32,000 nt of DNA from positions 209,905 to 241,904 of the forward strand of contig OZ242164.1 of the NCBI GenBank assembly GCA_965205335.1. The letters are read 5' to 3'. Made by a program: the position numbers and the translations under genes. Below are positions 9,395 through 17,863 of the stretch, piece after piece. The DNA is from Candidatus Woesearchaeota archaeon. GTDB taxonomy: Archaea > Nanobdellota > Nanobdellia > Woesearchaeales > UBA583. The notes under the pieces are model-generated. The model was not told where the DNA came from and made no database searches. It saw only the letters and a list, made by a program, of their open reading frames with translations. Position 1 is the first letter of the stretch. Every line of letters begins with the position of its first letter.

Positions 9395-10240
9395 GTGACA
9401 TTAGAAAAAGTTCTTGAAACATCAGGAGAAGAATTTAATAGGTTCGATGAAATCTGTAAAATCTATGAAATTTCAAAGGAAAGATTAGAAGAGATTATAG
9501 AAAAATTCCCTGCATTTGCAGGATATGACCATAAAAGAGTTGTAAAGCAGGCAACACAAGTATATGAAAACGAAAAAAGAGTTAAAGAAGCTATATTAAA
9601 ATTCCCTCCATTTGCAGGACTTGACCATAAAAGAGTTGTAAAGCAAGCAACACAAGTATATGAAAACGAAAAAAGAGTTAAAGAAGCTATATTAAAACAC
9701 CCTCAATTTGCAGGACTTGACCACAAAAGAGTTGTAAAGCAAGCAACACAAGTATATGAAAACGAAAAAAGAGTTAAAGAAGCTATATTAAAACACCCTC
9801 CATTTGCAGGATATGACCACAAAAGAGTTGTACAAGAAGCAACACAAGTATATGAAAACGAAAAAAGAGTTAAAGAAGCTATATTAAAATTCCCTCGATT
9901 TGCAGGACTTGACCATAAAAGAGTATATAGACAGAAAACAAGAATCGGACGCCTTATAGGTTTATCCAATGAAGAATCCATTGATATTATTCTTAATACT
10001 TCTAATTCGGCTGGTTATTCCTACAGAAGGGATTTAGCCAGAATTGATGTTGTAAGAACTCTAAGAGATGAAGGAGTGGAAATCACAGAAGATGTAAAAA
10101 ACTGGTTTATTAATAACTATATAAAAAGTCCATATGTACCTAATACAAGAAGAAGAATCTCTCATGTAGATGATGGGTTAGAGCCACCATTATTAGTTGG
10201 GGCAAGGAGAAAATTTGCAGACCAACTTAATGCAATCTAA
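9395..10240 (+). CDS. Tandem-repeat helical protein (32-aa units xPxFAGxDHKRVVKQATQVYENEKRVKEAILK); possibly mTERF-like
   Basis: 281-aa ORF with a GTG start placed as expected for a leaderless mRNA. It has 4 full units plus 1 degenerate 32-aa unit. The C-terminal LIGLSNEESIDIILNTSNSAGYS resembles a further diverged unit. Confidence 0.7.
   Translation: MTLEKVLETSGEEFNRFDEICKIYEISKERLEEIIEKFPAFAGYDHKRVVKQATQVYENEKRVKEAILKFPPFAGLDHKRVVKQATQVYENEKRVKEAILKHPQFAGLDHKRVVKQATQVYENEKRVKEAILKHPPFAGYDHKRVVQEATQVYENEKRVKEAILKFPRFAGLDHKRVYRQKTRIGRLIGLSNEESIDIILNTSNSAGYSYRRDLARIDVVRTLRDEGVEITEDVKNWFINNYIKSPYVPNTRRRISHVDDGLEPPLLVGARRKFADQLNAI
9505..9925 (+). repeat. In-frame 96-bp tandem repeat, 4 full copies plus a partial fifth
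   Basis: Unit starts are at 9505, 9601, 9697, 9793 and 9889. The last ~50 nt of each full unit are identical. Differences cluster in the first ~45 nt. Confidence 0.95.
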
Positions 10241-10248
10241 TAGTAATT

Positions 10249-10380
10249 CTAAATAAAATTTTTATCTAACCATCTTGACTTTTTTAATGCCTTAATTCTG
10301 CTCTCTGTTGTTGGATGTGTTGAAAATAATTTAAATATTGAACTTCCTTTAAACGGGTTTACAATAAATAAACCCTCAAC
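10249..10380 (-). pseudogene. Relic of the C-terminus of an M48/HtpX-type metalloprotease
   Basis: The minus-strand frame reads [43 protein letters not shown]. LFSTHPxxxxRIxAL matches the conserved HtpX C-terminal motif (LFMTHPPLDKRIEAL in E. coli). An in-frame stop lies immediately upstream at 10381-10383, and there is no start codon. Confidence 0.5.
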
Positions 10381-10461
10381 TTAAGCAGTTCCCAAATGGA
10401 CATTTTATTCCCTTCAAAATAATTATAAATATATTTCAATAAAAACTTTATAAAAGTTCTA

Positions 10462-11385
10462 ATGAGTTCACAAAACAGCCTGACAACCCTTTACAATATT
10501 AGCAGTTCCATCCCTCTTCTACTATTTATAATTTCATTATTTATTTTACACCAATTCATTATAGAAGAATTCTCATATGGATTTATTGCAATGTTTCTTG
10601 CATTAATCATACAGACTATGTATTTAATGATCAAAGACTTGCAACATACTAATCAAAGTAACTTTAACAAATATCTAACGAACATTTCAGAACTTATCAC
10701 ATTTGGTATCTGTCCAATTATTTTTGGATTAATCTTCTTCAAAGGTGCTGAATCCATATTTATTATATCATCATTAATACTTTTTGCGATATTTACAATA
10801 CTTTGGGCGGTAAGAAATTGGGCGCTTGATATGAAAAATTCAGTGGGCTGGTCAATCTCGTTTAATGGTTTATTCATGCCAATAATCTATTACATATACT
10901 TATACCACCTTTACGGCTCAGACAGTTCTGTATTCCTTTTATACTTTCTAACAGTTGGTGTTCTAGGCATTTGGAATTACAATTTTTTAAGCAATATAAA
11001 AGATAAAGAAAAATACTATTTAGAAGAATTTGAAATCCAGAAATCAAGGATAATGGATATGGTTGAGAATTATTATGACAAAAAGGAAAACCTGCAAAAT
11101 AGCAAAGACAATGAGAACCTAGAAGATGAAGAATTTGAAATAGATGGAGAATTTGAGGCTGATAGAGAATTCATTGAAAAAACCTTCCAAAATGAAACAA
11201 AAAATAATAATGATTTTAGAATAGAAAATATGCCAACTGAAAGTGAATTAAGAGATACATTTGACCCTTCAAGCATGAAAATAGAAAATTCAACTAAAAA
11301 ATCATTACAAGAAGAAAGAAAGAAAAACGAAAATAATTCTGCAGATAATAACAAAGAAGATGAATTAGATAGAAAATGGGATTAA
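10462..11385 (+). CDS. Integral membrane protein with acidic, low-complexity C-terminal tail
   Basis: 307-aa ATG ORF. The N-terminal ~170 aa contain several hydrophobic segments and the C-terminal ~130 aa are D/E/K/N-rich. No family motif recognised. Confidence 0.6.
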   Translation: MSSQNSLTTLYNISSSIPLLLFIISLFILHQFIIEEFSYGFIAMFLALIIQTMYLMIKDLQHTNQSNFNKYLTNISELITFGICPIIFGLIFFKGAESIFIISSLILFAIFTILWAVRNWALDMKNSVGWSISFNGLFMPIIYYIYLYHLYGSDSSVFLLYFLTVGVLGIWNYNFLSNIKDKEKYYLEEFEIQKSRIMDMVENYYDKKENLQNSKDNENLEDEEFEIDGEFEADREFIEKTFQNETKNNNDFRIENMPTESELRDTFDPSSMKIENSTKKSLQEERKKNENNSADNNKEDELDRKWD

Positions 11386-12653
11386 ATCCTTAGGAATTTC
11401 CTGTTTCCTAAGTAAGGTCTTAGAACTCTTGGAATTCTTACATTTGCATCCATTGTCTGATACTGTTCAATTATTGCAATAATAACCCTTGTTAGAGCAA
11501 TTGCTGTTGAGTTCAAAGTGTGCATAAATTCTAATGTTCCATCTTCTGTCTGATACCTTGCATTTAACCTTCTTGCTCCATAATCTCTATAATTTGAGGC
11601 GCTAACCATTTCACGATACTTTTTCTGAGAAGGCAGCCACGCTTCAATATCAAATTTTCTTGATGCCATCGAACCAATATCTCCACTACAAATATCAACA
11701 ACTCCATAATGCAGTCCCAACTCATCAAAAATCTCCTTTGCATTACCTAATATCTCCTCATACAACTCATCTGAATCTTCTGGCTTTGAAAATATGAACT
11801 GTTCAATCTTATTAAAATTATGAACTCTAAATATCCCCTTTGAGTCCTTTGTAACTCCAAGTTCCTTTCTAAAACACGCAGAAAAACCAACATACTTCAA
11901 AGGTAAATCCTTATGATTAATTTCACAATCAGCATGCAACACAGCAAGAGCATGCTCTGATGTTCCAATCAAACATAAATCCTCTCCCTCAATATCATAA
12001 ATTAATTCCTTAAAATCACTAAGCGAAACAGACTTTCCAAGCGCTTCTTTTCTAAGCATGGGAGGAACTTCTATAGGACAATAACCTTTTGAAATCATTT
12101 TATTTAAAACATAATTGTAGAGGGCAAATTGAAGCATTACAAGTTCATTTTTCAAGTAATAAAAACGTTTCCCTGAATGCTTTGCGGCAGTCTTTAAATC
12201 ATACCAATCATTTGCCTCGCAGATTTCCTGATGTGTTTTTACATCAAATTCAAATTCAGGTTTCTTTCCTCTTCTTTCCACCTCAACATTATCCTCTTCA
12301 TCTTCGCCATAAGGAACTTCTTTATCTAAGAGATTTGGAATTTTTATCAATATCTCATCTCTCTCACTTTCCAAATTTTTAACTTGCTCATCCTTATTAA
12401 CTATATCATCCGCTACCTTCTTAACCTTATCCAACTGGGACTTAATATCTCCTCCTTCCTTTTTCACTTGCGCTATAAGTTTTGACTCCTTATTTTTTTC
12501 TGATTTTAGTTTGTCTAAGTCAAATTTAGCCTTTCTCCACTTCTCATCTGCTCTTAGGACTTCATCAACAATTGATACATCAAAATCAACTCTTCTTTTC
12601 AATTCCTCTTTCACAAAATCAGGTCTTTCACGAATTAATTTAATATCAAGCAT
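11382..12653 (-). CDS. serS: Seryl-tRNA synthetase
   Basis: The canonical N-terminus MLDIKLIRERPDFV is followed by a coiled-coil arm and class II core motifs (FRVHNFNKIEQF, GSMASRKFDIEAW, NSTAIA..R). The track start at 12668 is a GTG. The ATG at 12653 lies about 25 nt from a TATA (rc of 12673-12683). Confidence 0.95.
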   Translation of the reverse strand: MLDIKLIRERPDFVKEELKRRVDFDVSIVDEVLRADEKWRKAKFDLDKLKSEKNKESKLIAQVKKEGGDIKSQLDKVKKVADDIVNKDEQVKNLESERDEILIKIPNLLDKEVPYGEDEEDNVEVERRGKKPEFEFDVKTHQEICEANDWYDLKTAAKHSGKRFYYLKNELVMLQFALYNYVLNKMISKGYCPIEVPPMLRKEALGKSVSLSDFKELIYDIEGEDLCLIGTSEHALAVLHADCEINHKDLPLKYVGFSACFRKELGVTKDSKGIFRVHNFNKIEQFIFSKPEDSDELYEEILGNAKEIFDELGLHYGVVDICSGDIGSMASRKFDIEAWLPSQKKYREMVSASNYRDYGARRLNARYQTEDGTLEFMHTLNSTAIALTRVIIAIIEQYQTMDANVRIPRVLRPYLGNRKFLRI

Positions 12654-12787
12654 AGTTATGTCACACACTTTTCATATTTAAACATTTCTATTGTTACATA
12701 AAATATTTGTTATCATTTAAAGTAAATAGTAAAATTTTATGAACTCTCTAAGTCTTTCTTTTAGAATTCAAAAAGGTACTAAAAAAA

Positions 12788-13858
12788 ATGTTAAATGAAA
12801 AGCAAGCAAGAGAACTTATGGAAGAGTATGGCCCAACAGTAAATGAAGGTAGAACAATTGAAGAGTTAATTAGAGATAATGAGATTCCAAGACTAAATGA
12901 GGAAGACATAGAAACCAGAAAAGGGAAAGTAACTGATAGTGTTTTTGGCGAAAACTTAAAAATTGAATATCTTCCCCTTCGCCTTATGTATAGAACAAAC
13001 AAGGTATCAACTCATGATATAAACAGAGGAACTATTCCTTTTAAGGATCAGGTTCTTGCAGTGAATCACGAATTTATGAGAGGACTTGTAGGAAAAACTT
13101 TAGGAGATCCTCAATTCAATATTCTAAATCTTGAGCCAACATCAACAGTAATCCCTACTGTTAATCTTCATATGATAATGATAGAGAGTGTTCTTAGAAA
13201 ATATATGGCAGAAAGCTCCACTCAAACCTCACTCTATCAGGCATGGTTGAGGGCTAAACAAGATGACTTAGAAAGTTTTAATTATGCAGGAAGAGATTTT
13301 AAGGTAAGTAATTTATCTCCTAACGGACTTCTCCCATTCCTACTTGATTCTCCATCTACAAAATCAGAGGTTGATGAAACCATATCACCCGAGGAAGTCA
13401 TTAGCAGAGGAATATGTACAGAAGGTGATTATACAAAGATAGTAAACGTTGGAAGTCAAGCATTTAACCTTGTAGCAGACTATCTTTCCGAAAGTGGTTT
13501 GGTGTTAGTTGATACCAAATTAGAGCACGGAAGAATACCTAGTAAAATAATTAAGAGTCAAATTTTTGGAGCAGACGAATTATTTACATTGGATTCTTCA
13601 CGATTCTGGAGACTTGATGATTCTGGTAATATTGAAATAGGAGAAAATGGAAAACCTGTTTCATATTCAAAGGAATTTGTTAGAGGAATGGAGTTTGATA
13701 AAAGAGGTCTCTTAAAGCCTGAAGATGAAATAAGAGCAGGAGTTAGATATATAATAGGAATTCAGCATATAATAGGAAAGGAGTTTAAGCCAGATTTAAG
13801 ACCAAGAGATGAGAGAATTGTAGAATCAACAAATATGATACTTAAGTATCTAACATAA
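12788..13858 (+). CDS. SAICAR synthetase (PurC)-like protein, long/eukaryote-like form
   Basis: Collinear matches to PurC/Ade1 motifs: GKVTD, TNKVSTHDI (cf. TDRISAYDV), SPSTKSEVDETIS (cf. TPSTKAEQGEHDENIS), LVDTKLEHG (cf. ADTKFEFG), TLDSSRFW (cf. TPDSSRFW) and SYSKEFVR. Confidence 0.7.
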   Translation: MLNEKQARELMEEYGPTVNEGRTIEELIRDNEIPRLNEEDIETRKGKVTDSVFGENLKIEYLPLRLMYRTNKVSTHDINRGTIPFKDQVLAVNHEFMRGLVGKTLGDPQFNILNLEPTSTVIPTVNLHMIMIESVLRKYMAESSTQTSLYQAWLRAKQDDLESFNYAGRDFKVSNLSPNGLLPFLLDSPSTKSEVDETISPEEVISRGICTEGDYTKIVNVGSQAFNLVADYLSESGLVLVDTKLEHGRIPSKIIKSQIFGADELFTLDSSRFWRLDDSGNIEIGENGKPVSYSKEFVRGMEFDKRGLLKPEDEIRAGVRYIIGIQHIIGKEFKPDLRPRDERIVESTNMILKYLT

Positions 13859-13971
13859 TAATTTTTATCTATCTACAATTTAGGTTTACGATATTTCTTA
13901 ATTAGTTTTTTCCAAGATAAACTACAATAAACTTTATATTAATAGTTCAATTTCTCTTCTTTATTATTCAT

Positions 13972-14046
13972 GGCCCTATAGCTTAATCTGGATTAGAGTA
14001 AGAGGTTTCGGCCCTCTTGGTGCGGGTTCAAATCCCGCTGGGGTCT
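13972..14046 (+). tRNA. tRNA-Arg (anticodon TCG)
   Basis: Hand-folded cloverleaf. Acceptor stem is GGCCCTA/TGGGGTC (2 G-U pairs). Anticodon stem is AGAGG/CCTCT with loop TTTCGGC. T arm is GCGGG-TTCAAAT-CCCGC. No CCA is encoded, and an oligo-T follows. Confidence 0.9.
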
Positions 14047-14179
14047 TTTCTTAATTGCATTTACGCTTATTCCCAGTAAAAACACACTAAAAAAATAGAA
14101 TATTCTGAATAAAAATTAAGATTATGGGATAAAATTTCGTAATATTTTTAATATTAAATCTCAAAATTTCCTAAAAACA

Positions 14180-14195
14180 ACAAACTTATAAATAT
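14180..14195 (+). promoter_or_regulatory. BRE/TATA promoter element (ACAAACTTATAAATAT), twin of 9358-9373
   Basis: Identical 16-mer. An in-frame GTG at 14217 follows after the same 21-nt spacer. Confidence 0.6.
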
Positions 14196-14216
14196 GTGTC
14201 TCTTAACAGTAGTAAT

Positions 14217-14774
14217 GTGGCATTATATGACAGAATACTTTTTAGGAATAAAACATTCCATCTTCTATCACCTATCACTAAGAAAGAATTCATTGGAAAT
14301 ATGTCTTTAAGGTCGGCAAGTAAAAGAGATTTAACTTATTACATAAGTAGGTCCATCATGGGCTATAAAGACTATTCTGATATAAGAAACAAGCGAGGAG
14401 AATTATATGTAATTAGGAAAACTACTGAGAAAGACAGGTGGTATGGAGTTCTAAAATTTGTAGCCTCTTCTAATCAACTTAAAGGACTTAATGAGAATTC
14501 CATAATTCAAATTATAGGACCAACATCATATAATCTTAATTGGGGAGTTTTTGAAGACGACCTAAATAAATTATATGAATCTATAAGCAATAAATTAGAA
14601 GAAAACTTATATAGAGAACCTGAAAGAACTAAAATGATTAAAGGTAGAACATTGAATGTCTATAGAGATACAAAACAAGATAACAAGATAACTTACAGAG
14701 ATCAAAATGACGCAGAATATAGATCTTCAGATGGGCAGGTAGACAGACAATTAAAACTAAATTTCTCAACCTGA
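14217..14774 (+). CDS. Hypothetical protein
   Basis: The ORF is open from 14196 (GTG), but that codon abuts the TATA box. The in-frame GTG at 14217 fits leaderless spacing. Composition is typical of neighbouring genes, and no motif was recognised. Confidence 0.5.
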   Translation: MALYDRILFRNKTFHLLSPITKKEFIGNMSLRSASKRDLTYYISRSIMGYKDYSDIRNKRGELYVIRKTTEKDRWYGVLKFVASSNQLKGLNENSIIQIIGPTSYNLNWGVFEDDLNKLYESISNKLEENLYREPERTKMIKGRTLNVYRDTKQDNKITYRDQNDAEYRSSDGQVDRQLKLNFST

Positions 14775-14794
14775 TCTCTACAAAAACAGAATAT

Positions 14795-15610
14795 TTAAAC
14801 TCTACTTTTAAAAATTGAAGAAAAAGGAATCGATAATAAAAACAAACCAATCAAATTCATTACAATAGTTGCTCCTACTGGCAAATCAAAAAGATATGAA
14901 CTAAAAATTCCAAGATAAATCCCTAATACACATGCAACACACGAAATCACAATTGACGCCTTAAACGACTTACCAATTCTTAACCCGATTAACGCTGGAA
15001 TAACCAACAAAGCCGAAACCAATAAAATACCTACCACCCTAACAGAAATAACAACAGTAATGGCGCAAAGAACAATAAACACCTTATCTATTAACTCAAC
15101 TTTCTTATTTCTAACCTTTGCAACATCAGAATTAAAAGCCAAATAAAGCAAACTCTTATAATTAAAAAAATAAAAAATACAAATCAGAATTAAAACAATT
15201 ATTGCAATAACAATATCAAAATAACTAATTGTAAGGATTGAACCAAACAAATATGAAAAAATATCAGTATTCATCTTATCTGCAATACTAATTAATATCA
15301 ATGCAAAAGCCAACCCAAAAGACAAAATAAGAGCAATAGCACTCTCCCCATACAACTTTAACTTATTCACTAATCTATCAATTCCCAAAGATGCAATAGT
15401 TACAAATCCCAAAGCCATAAGCATTGGATTAAAACCTGTTACAAACCCAAGAGCAATCCCCCCAAACGAAGCATGTGCAAACGAATCCCCTAAAAGAGAT
15501 AACCTTTTCAAAATCAGAAAAACTCCAATCAACGCTGTAGCAATCCCTATAACTAACCCTCCAAGCAATGCCCTTTGCATAAAACCATAAGATAAAACCT
15601 CAAAAACCAT
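14795..15610 (-). CDS. znuB: Metal ABC transporter permease (ABC-3 / ZnuB-TroCD family)
   Basis: 271-aa polytopic membrane ORF whose start lies 1 nt from the upstream ATPase stop. The family call rests on operon context and overall ABC-3-like hydrophobic pattern. Confidence 0.8.
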   Translation of the reverse strand: MVFEVLSYGFMQRALLGGLVIGIATALIGVFLILKRLSLLGDSFAHASFGGIALGFVTGFNPMLMALGFVTIASLGIDRLVNKLKLYGESAIALILSFGLAFALILISIADKMNTDIFSYLFGSILTISYFDIVIAIIVLILICIFYFFNYKSLLYLAFNSDVAKVRNKKVELIDKVFIVLCAITVVISVRVVGILLVSALLVIPALIGLRIGKSFKASIVISCVACVLGIYLGIFSSYLFDLPVGATIVMNLIGLFLLSIPFSSIFKSRV

Positions 15611-15611
15611 T

Positions 15612-16313
15612 TTAACTATGTCCTCTATGCTTATGACTTAACTCATGAAAACTATCCCCATAAGTAGAATATAACAATGAGTGAATATTCTTAGCATCAT
15701 CAACACATACCTTCTTATCATGAATACATACTATCTTCGTAAAATAACTTGAAATCATCCCTGTATCGTGTGTAACAAAAAGAATAGTCAAATTCCTTTC
15801 CTTATTTAACTTCTTTAACAATTTATAAAAATCCTCCTGAGTCTTTGTATCAACCCCAACCGTTGGCTCATCTAAAATTAGAATATCAGGATTAGACAAT
15901 AATGACAAAGCAATCATTACTCTTTGAGCCTGTCCTCCCGACAAATTCTTAAACTGCTTATCCTCAAAATTTGAAACTCCCAGACTCTTCAAAACATCAT
16001 CTCTTAAAGAACAATCACAACACTCCAAATCTAAAATCTCCTTAACCCTTGCAGGAAAATTAGAATCATAATTAAATTTCTGAGGAATATAAGATAACCT
16101 ACCATTAACCTTAATACTTGATTTCTTTGCCCTAAGCAAACCTAAGATTATCTTAACAAGAGTAGATTTCCCTGTCCCATTTGAACCAATAACTGCAACC
16201 AAATCTCCTTTATTAATTGAAAAGGAAACATTCTCTAAAACATTCTCCAAATCATTAAAAGAATACGTCAAATTCCTTACACTAATTATTGTTTTCACTG
16301 TTTTTCTTTTCAT
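15612..16313 (-). CDS. znuC: Metal ABC transporter ATP-binding protein
   Basis: Walker A (GSNGTGKST), ABC signature (LSGGQAQRV) and Walker B (LILDEPT). Confidence 0.9.
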   Translation of the reverse strand: MKRKTVKTIISVRNLTYSFNDLENVLENVSFSINKGDLVAVIGSNGTGKSTLVKIILGLLRAKKSSIKVNGRLSYIPQKFNYDSNFPARVKEILDLECCDCSLRDDVLKSLGVSNFEDKQFKNLSGGQAQRVMIALSLLSNPDILILDEPTVGVDTKTQEDFYKLLKKLNKERNLTILFVTHDTGMISSYFTKIVCIHDKKVCVDDAKNIHSLLYSTYGDSFHELSHKHRGHS

Positions 16314-16386
16314 TTTCTAACTCTAACAAATCCAAAGCAAATTAAAAAGATATTGATTAACCATTTTAATATAAAACCTTCAAAAA

Positions 16387-17391
16387 TCAATTCATATGAC
16401 AATCAAGACCTATCTTCAAATTATTTAAATTACCTCTCATAATTGAAAAATAATCCTCATTCTCATTCATCTTTAAAGGATTTAATTCCAGAACTTCTGC
16501 TCCAATATCATTTGCAATAGTCTGTGCAGTTTTAGGATCTAACTGTCCTTCTGAGAAAATATACTTTAAATTATTCTCTCTTGCAACATTTATAACTCTT
16601 TGAATTGTTTTAGGTGAAGGTTCACTCTGGGGAGAAAACCCAGAAATACTAACCTGTTCAAATCCATACTCATTAGCCAAATATCCAAAAGCTTTATGAT
16701 TTACAATTATTTTATCATTACTACAATTTGAAAGCCCCAAATCAAATTCCTCTTCCAACTCTCTAAGTTTCTCTAAATAAACTTCTGAATTCTCAGAATA
16801 AATCTGTGCATTTTGGGGATACATCTCACTTAAATGCTCTTCAATTTCCCTTGTCATCTTTTCCATATTATGAATTGATAACCAAACATGTGGATCATAT
16901 TCCTCACTATCATATTCATTAGATTCTTTGTCATCATGTCCTTGTTCATCCTCTTCACTTTCATCATATCTATGTTCATCTTCATCCAACTCCTTATTAT
17001 AATCTTCATTCTCTCCAACTAATTCTAACGTATGAGTTGCATCAATCATTTTAATGTCTGAATTTGCATCAAGTATCTTTTCTTCTATATTTTCAAAACC
17101 CCCACCCATTACAATAAAAACATCTGCTTTTGACAAAGAAACAACCTGAGTTGGCGTTGGTTCATAACTATGAGGATCAACTCCCACTGGAACTAAAACC
17201 AATACTTCCGCACTATCAAGAGCAATTGCTTCTGTAATCTCCTGAACTGGATAAAACGTCACAACAAAAATCTGATTATCCAATGCAACCTCTGAACTAT
17301 CCAAACTTGAAGAATTTACCTGAGCACACCCTGCAAAAAATAAAACAACAAACGCAAATAACAAACCCAACAAAACAAATTCTCTTTTCAT
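16387..17391 (-). CDS. znuA: Metal-binding lipoprotein, cluster A-I solute-binding protein (ZnuA-like) with acidic/His-rich loop
   Basis: Signal peptide with lipobox (FFAGC). DPHVWLS and HKAFGYL are motifs of TroA/ZnuA-type SBPs. The D/E/H-rich insert (DEDEHRYDESEEDEQGHDDKE) is typical of zinc-specific ZnuA. Confidence 0.8.
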   Translation of the reverse strand: MKREFVLLGLLFAFVVLFFAGCAQVNSSSLDSSEVALDNQIFVVTFYPVQEITEAIALDSAEVLVLVPVGVDPHSYEPTPTQVVSLSKADVFIVMGGGFENIEEKILDANSDIKMIDATHTLELVGENEDYNKELDEDEHRYDESEEDEQGHDDKESNEYDSEEYDPHVWLSIHNMEKMTREIEEHLSEMYPQNAQIYSENSEVYLEKLRELEEEFDLGLSNCSNDKIIVNHKAFGYLANEYGFEQVSISGFSPQSEPSPKTIQRVINVARENNLKYIFSEGQLDPKTAQTIANDIGAEVLELNPLKMNENEDYFSIMRGNLNNLKIGLDCHMN

Positions 17392-17410
17392 ATATACTAA
17401 TGATTTCGTT

Positions 17411-17422
17411 AAGTTTATAAGT
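17411..17422. promoter_or_regulatory. Near-palindromic TATA element (AAGTTTATAAGT) apparently shared by divergent znuA and fur/zur genes
   Basis: Its centre (~17417) lies 26 nt from the znuA ATG (17391, minus) and 31 nt from the fur-family ATG (17448, plus). No other TATA is present in the 56-nt intergenic gap. Confidence 0.45.
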
Positions 17423-17443
17423 ATTATTAATTCTCATTATCAG
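17423..17443. promoter_or_regulatory. Candidate Fur/Zur operator (ATTATTAATTCTCATTATCAG)
   Basis: An AT-rich segment resembling the Fur-box half-site (..AATCATTATC) lies between the TATA and the fur-family start codon. Confidence 0.3.
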
Positions 17444-17447
17444 TAAG

Positions 17448-17813
17448 ATGAACCAAAGCAGAAATACAATCCAGAAAAAAATAATAGAACAGGAAATAGA
17501 CAACATAAAAACTTTCTTTTCAGCAGAAGACCTTTTAGAAAAAGTGTCTCAGAAAAATAGAAAAATAGGAATTGCAACCATCTATCGGCACTTAAAAACT
17601 TTAAGAAAAAACGAAGAAATATATTCCTACTCCTGTTTGGGGAAAACCGTTTACTCAAATACTAAAAGAAGTCACTGTCATTTCTTATGCACAAAAACAG
17701 GAAAAGTGATTCACTTTGACATAAAAAACTTAGATTTTCTAAAAGATAACATCCCAGGAGAAATTGAAAGTTTTCAGATTGAAGTTAAAGGAATTCACAA
17801 AGATTCAGAATAA
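17448..17813 (+). CDS. Fur-family metalloregulator (likely Zur)
   Basis: 121 aa. It has a winged-helix segment (IGIATIYRHLKTLRKNEEI) and HCHFLCTKTG, like the Fur HHHxxC motif. It is divergent from the metal uptake operon. Confidence 0.8.
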   Translation: MNQSRNTIQKKIIEQEIDNIKTFFSAEDLLEKVSQKNRKIGIATIYRHLKTLRKNEEIYSYSCLGKTVYSNTKRSHCHFLCTKTGKVIHFDIKNLDFLKDNIPGEIESFQIEVKGIHKDSE

Positions 17814-17863
17814 ACCAAACCTAAAAAAACAATCATTATAAATAAACATTTACTATTACTAAT

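Noticed and set aside
9505-9925. Regularly spaced near-identical repeats that could superficially suggest a CRISPR array
   Set aside because: The 96-bp units are contiguous with no unique spacers and lie in frame within one ORF. They translate to a coherent 32-aa protein repeat. No cas genes or leader are present.
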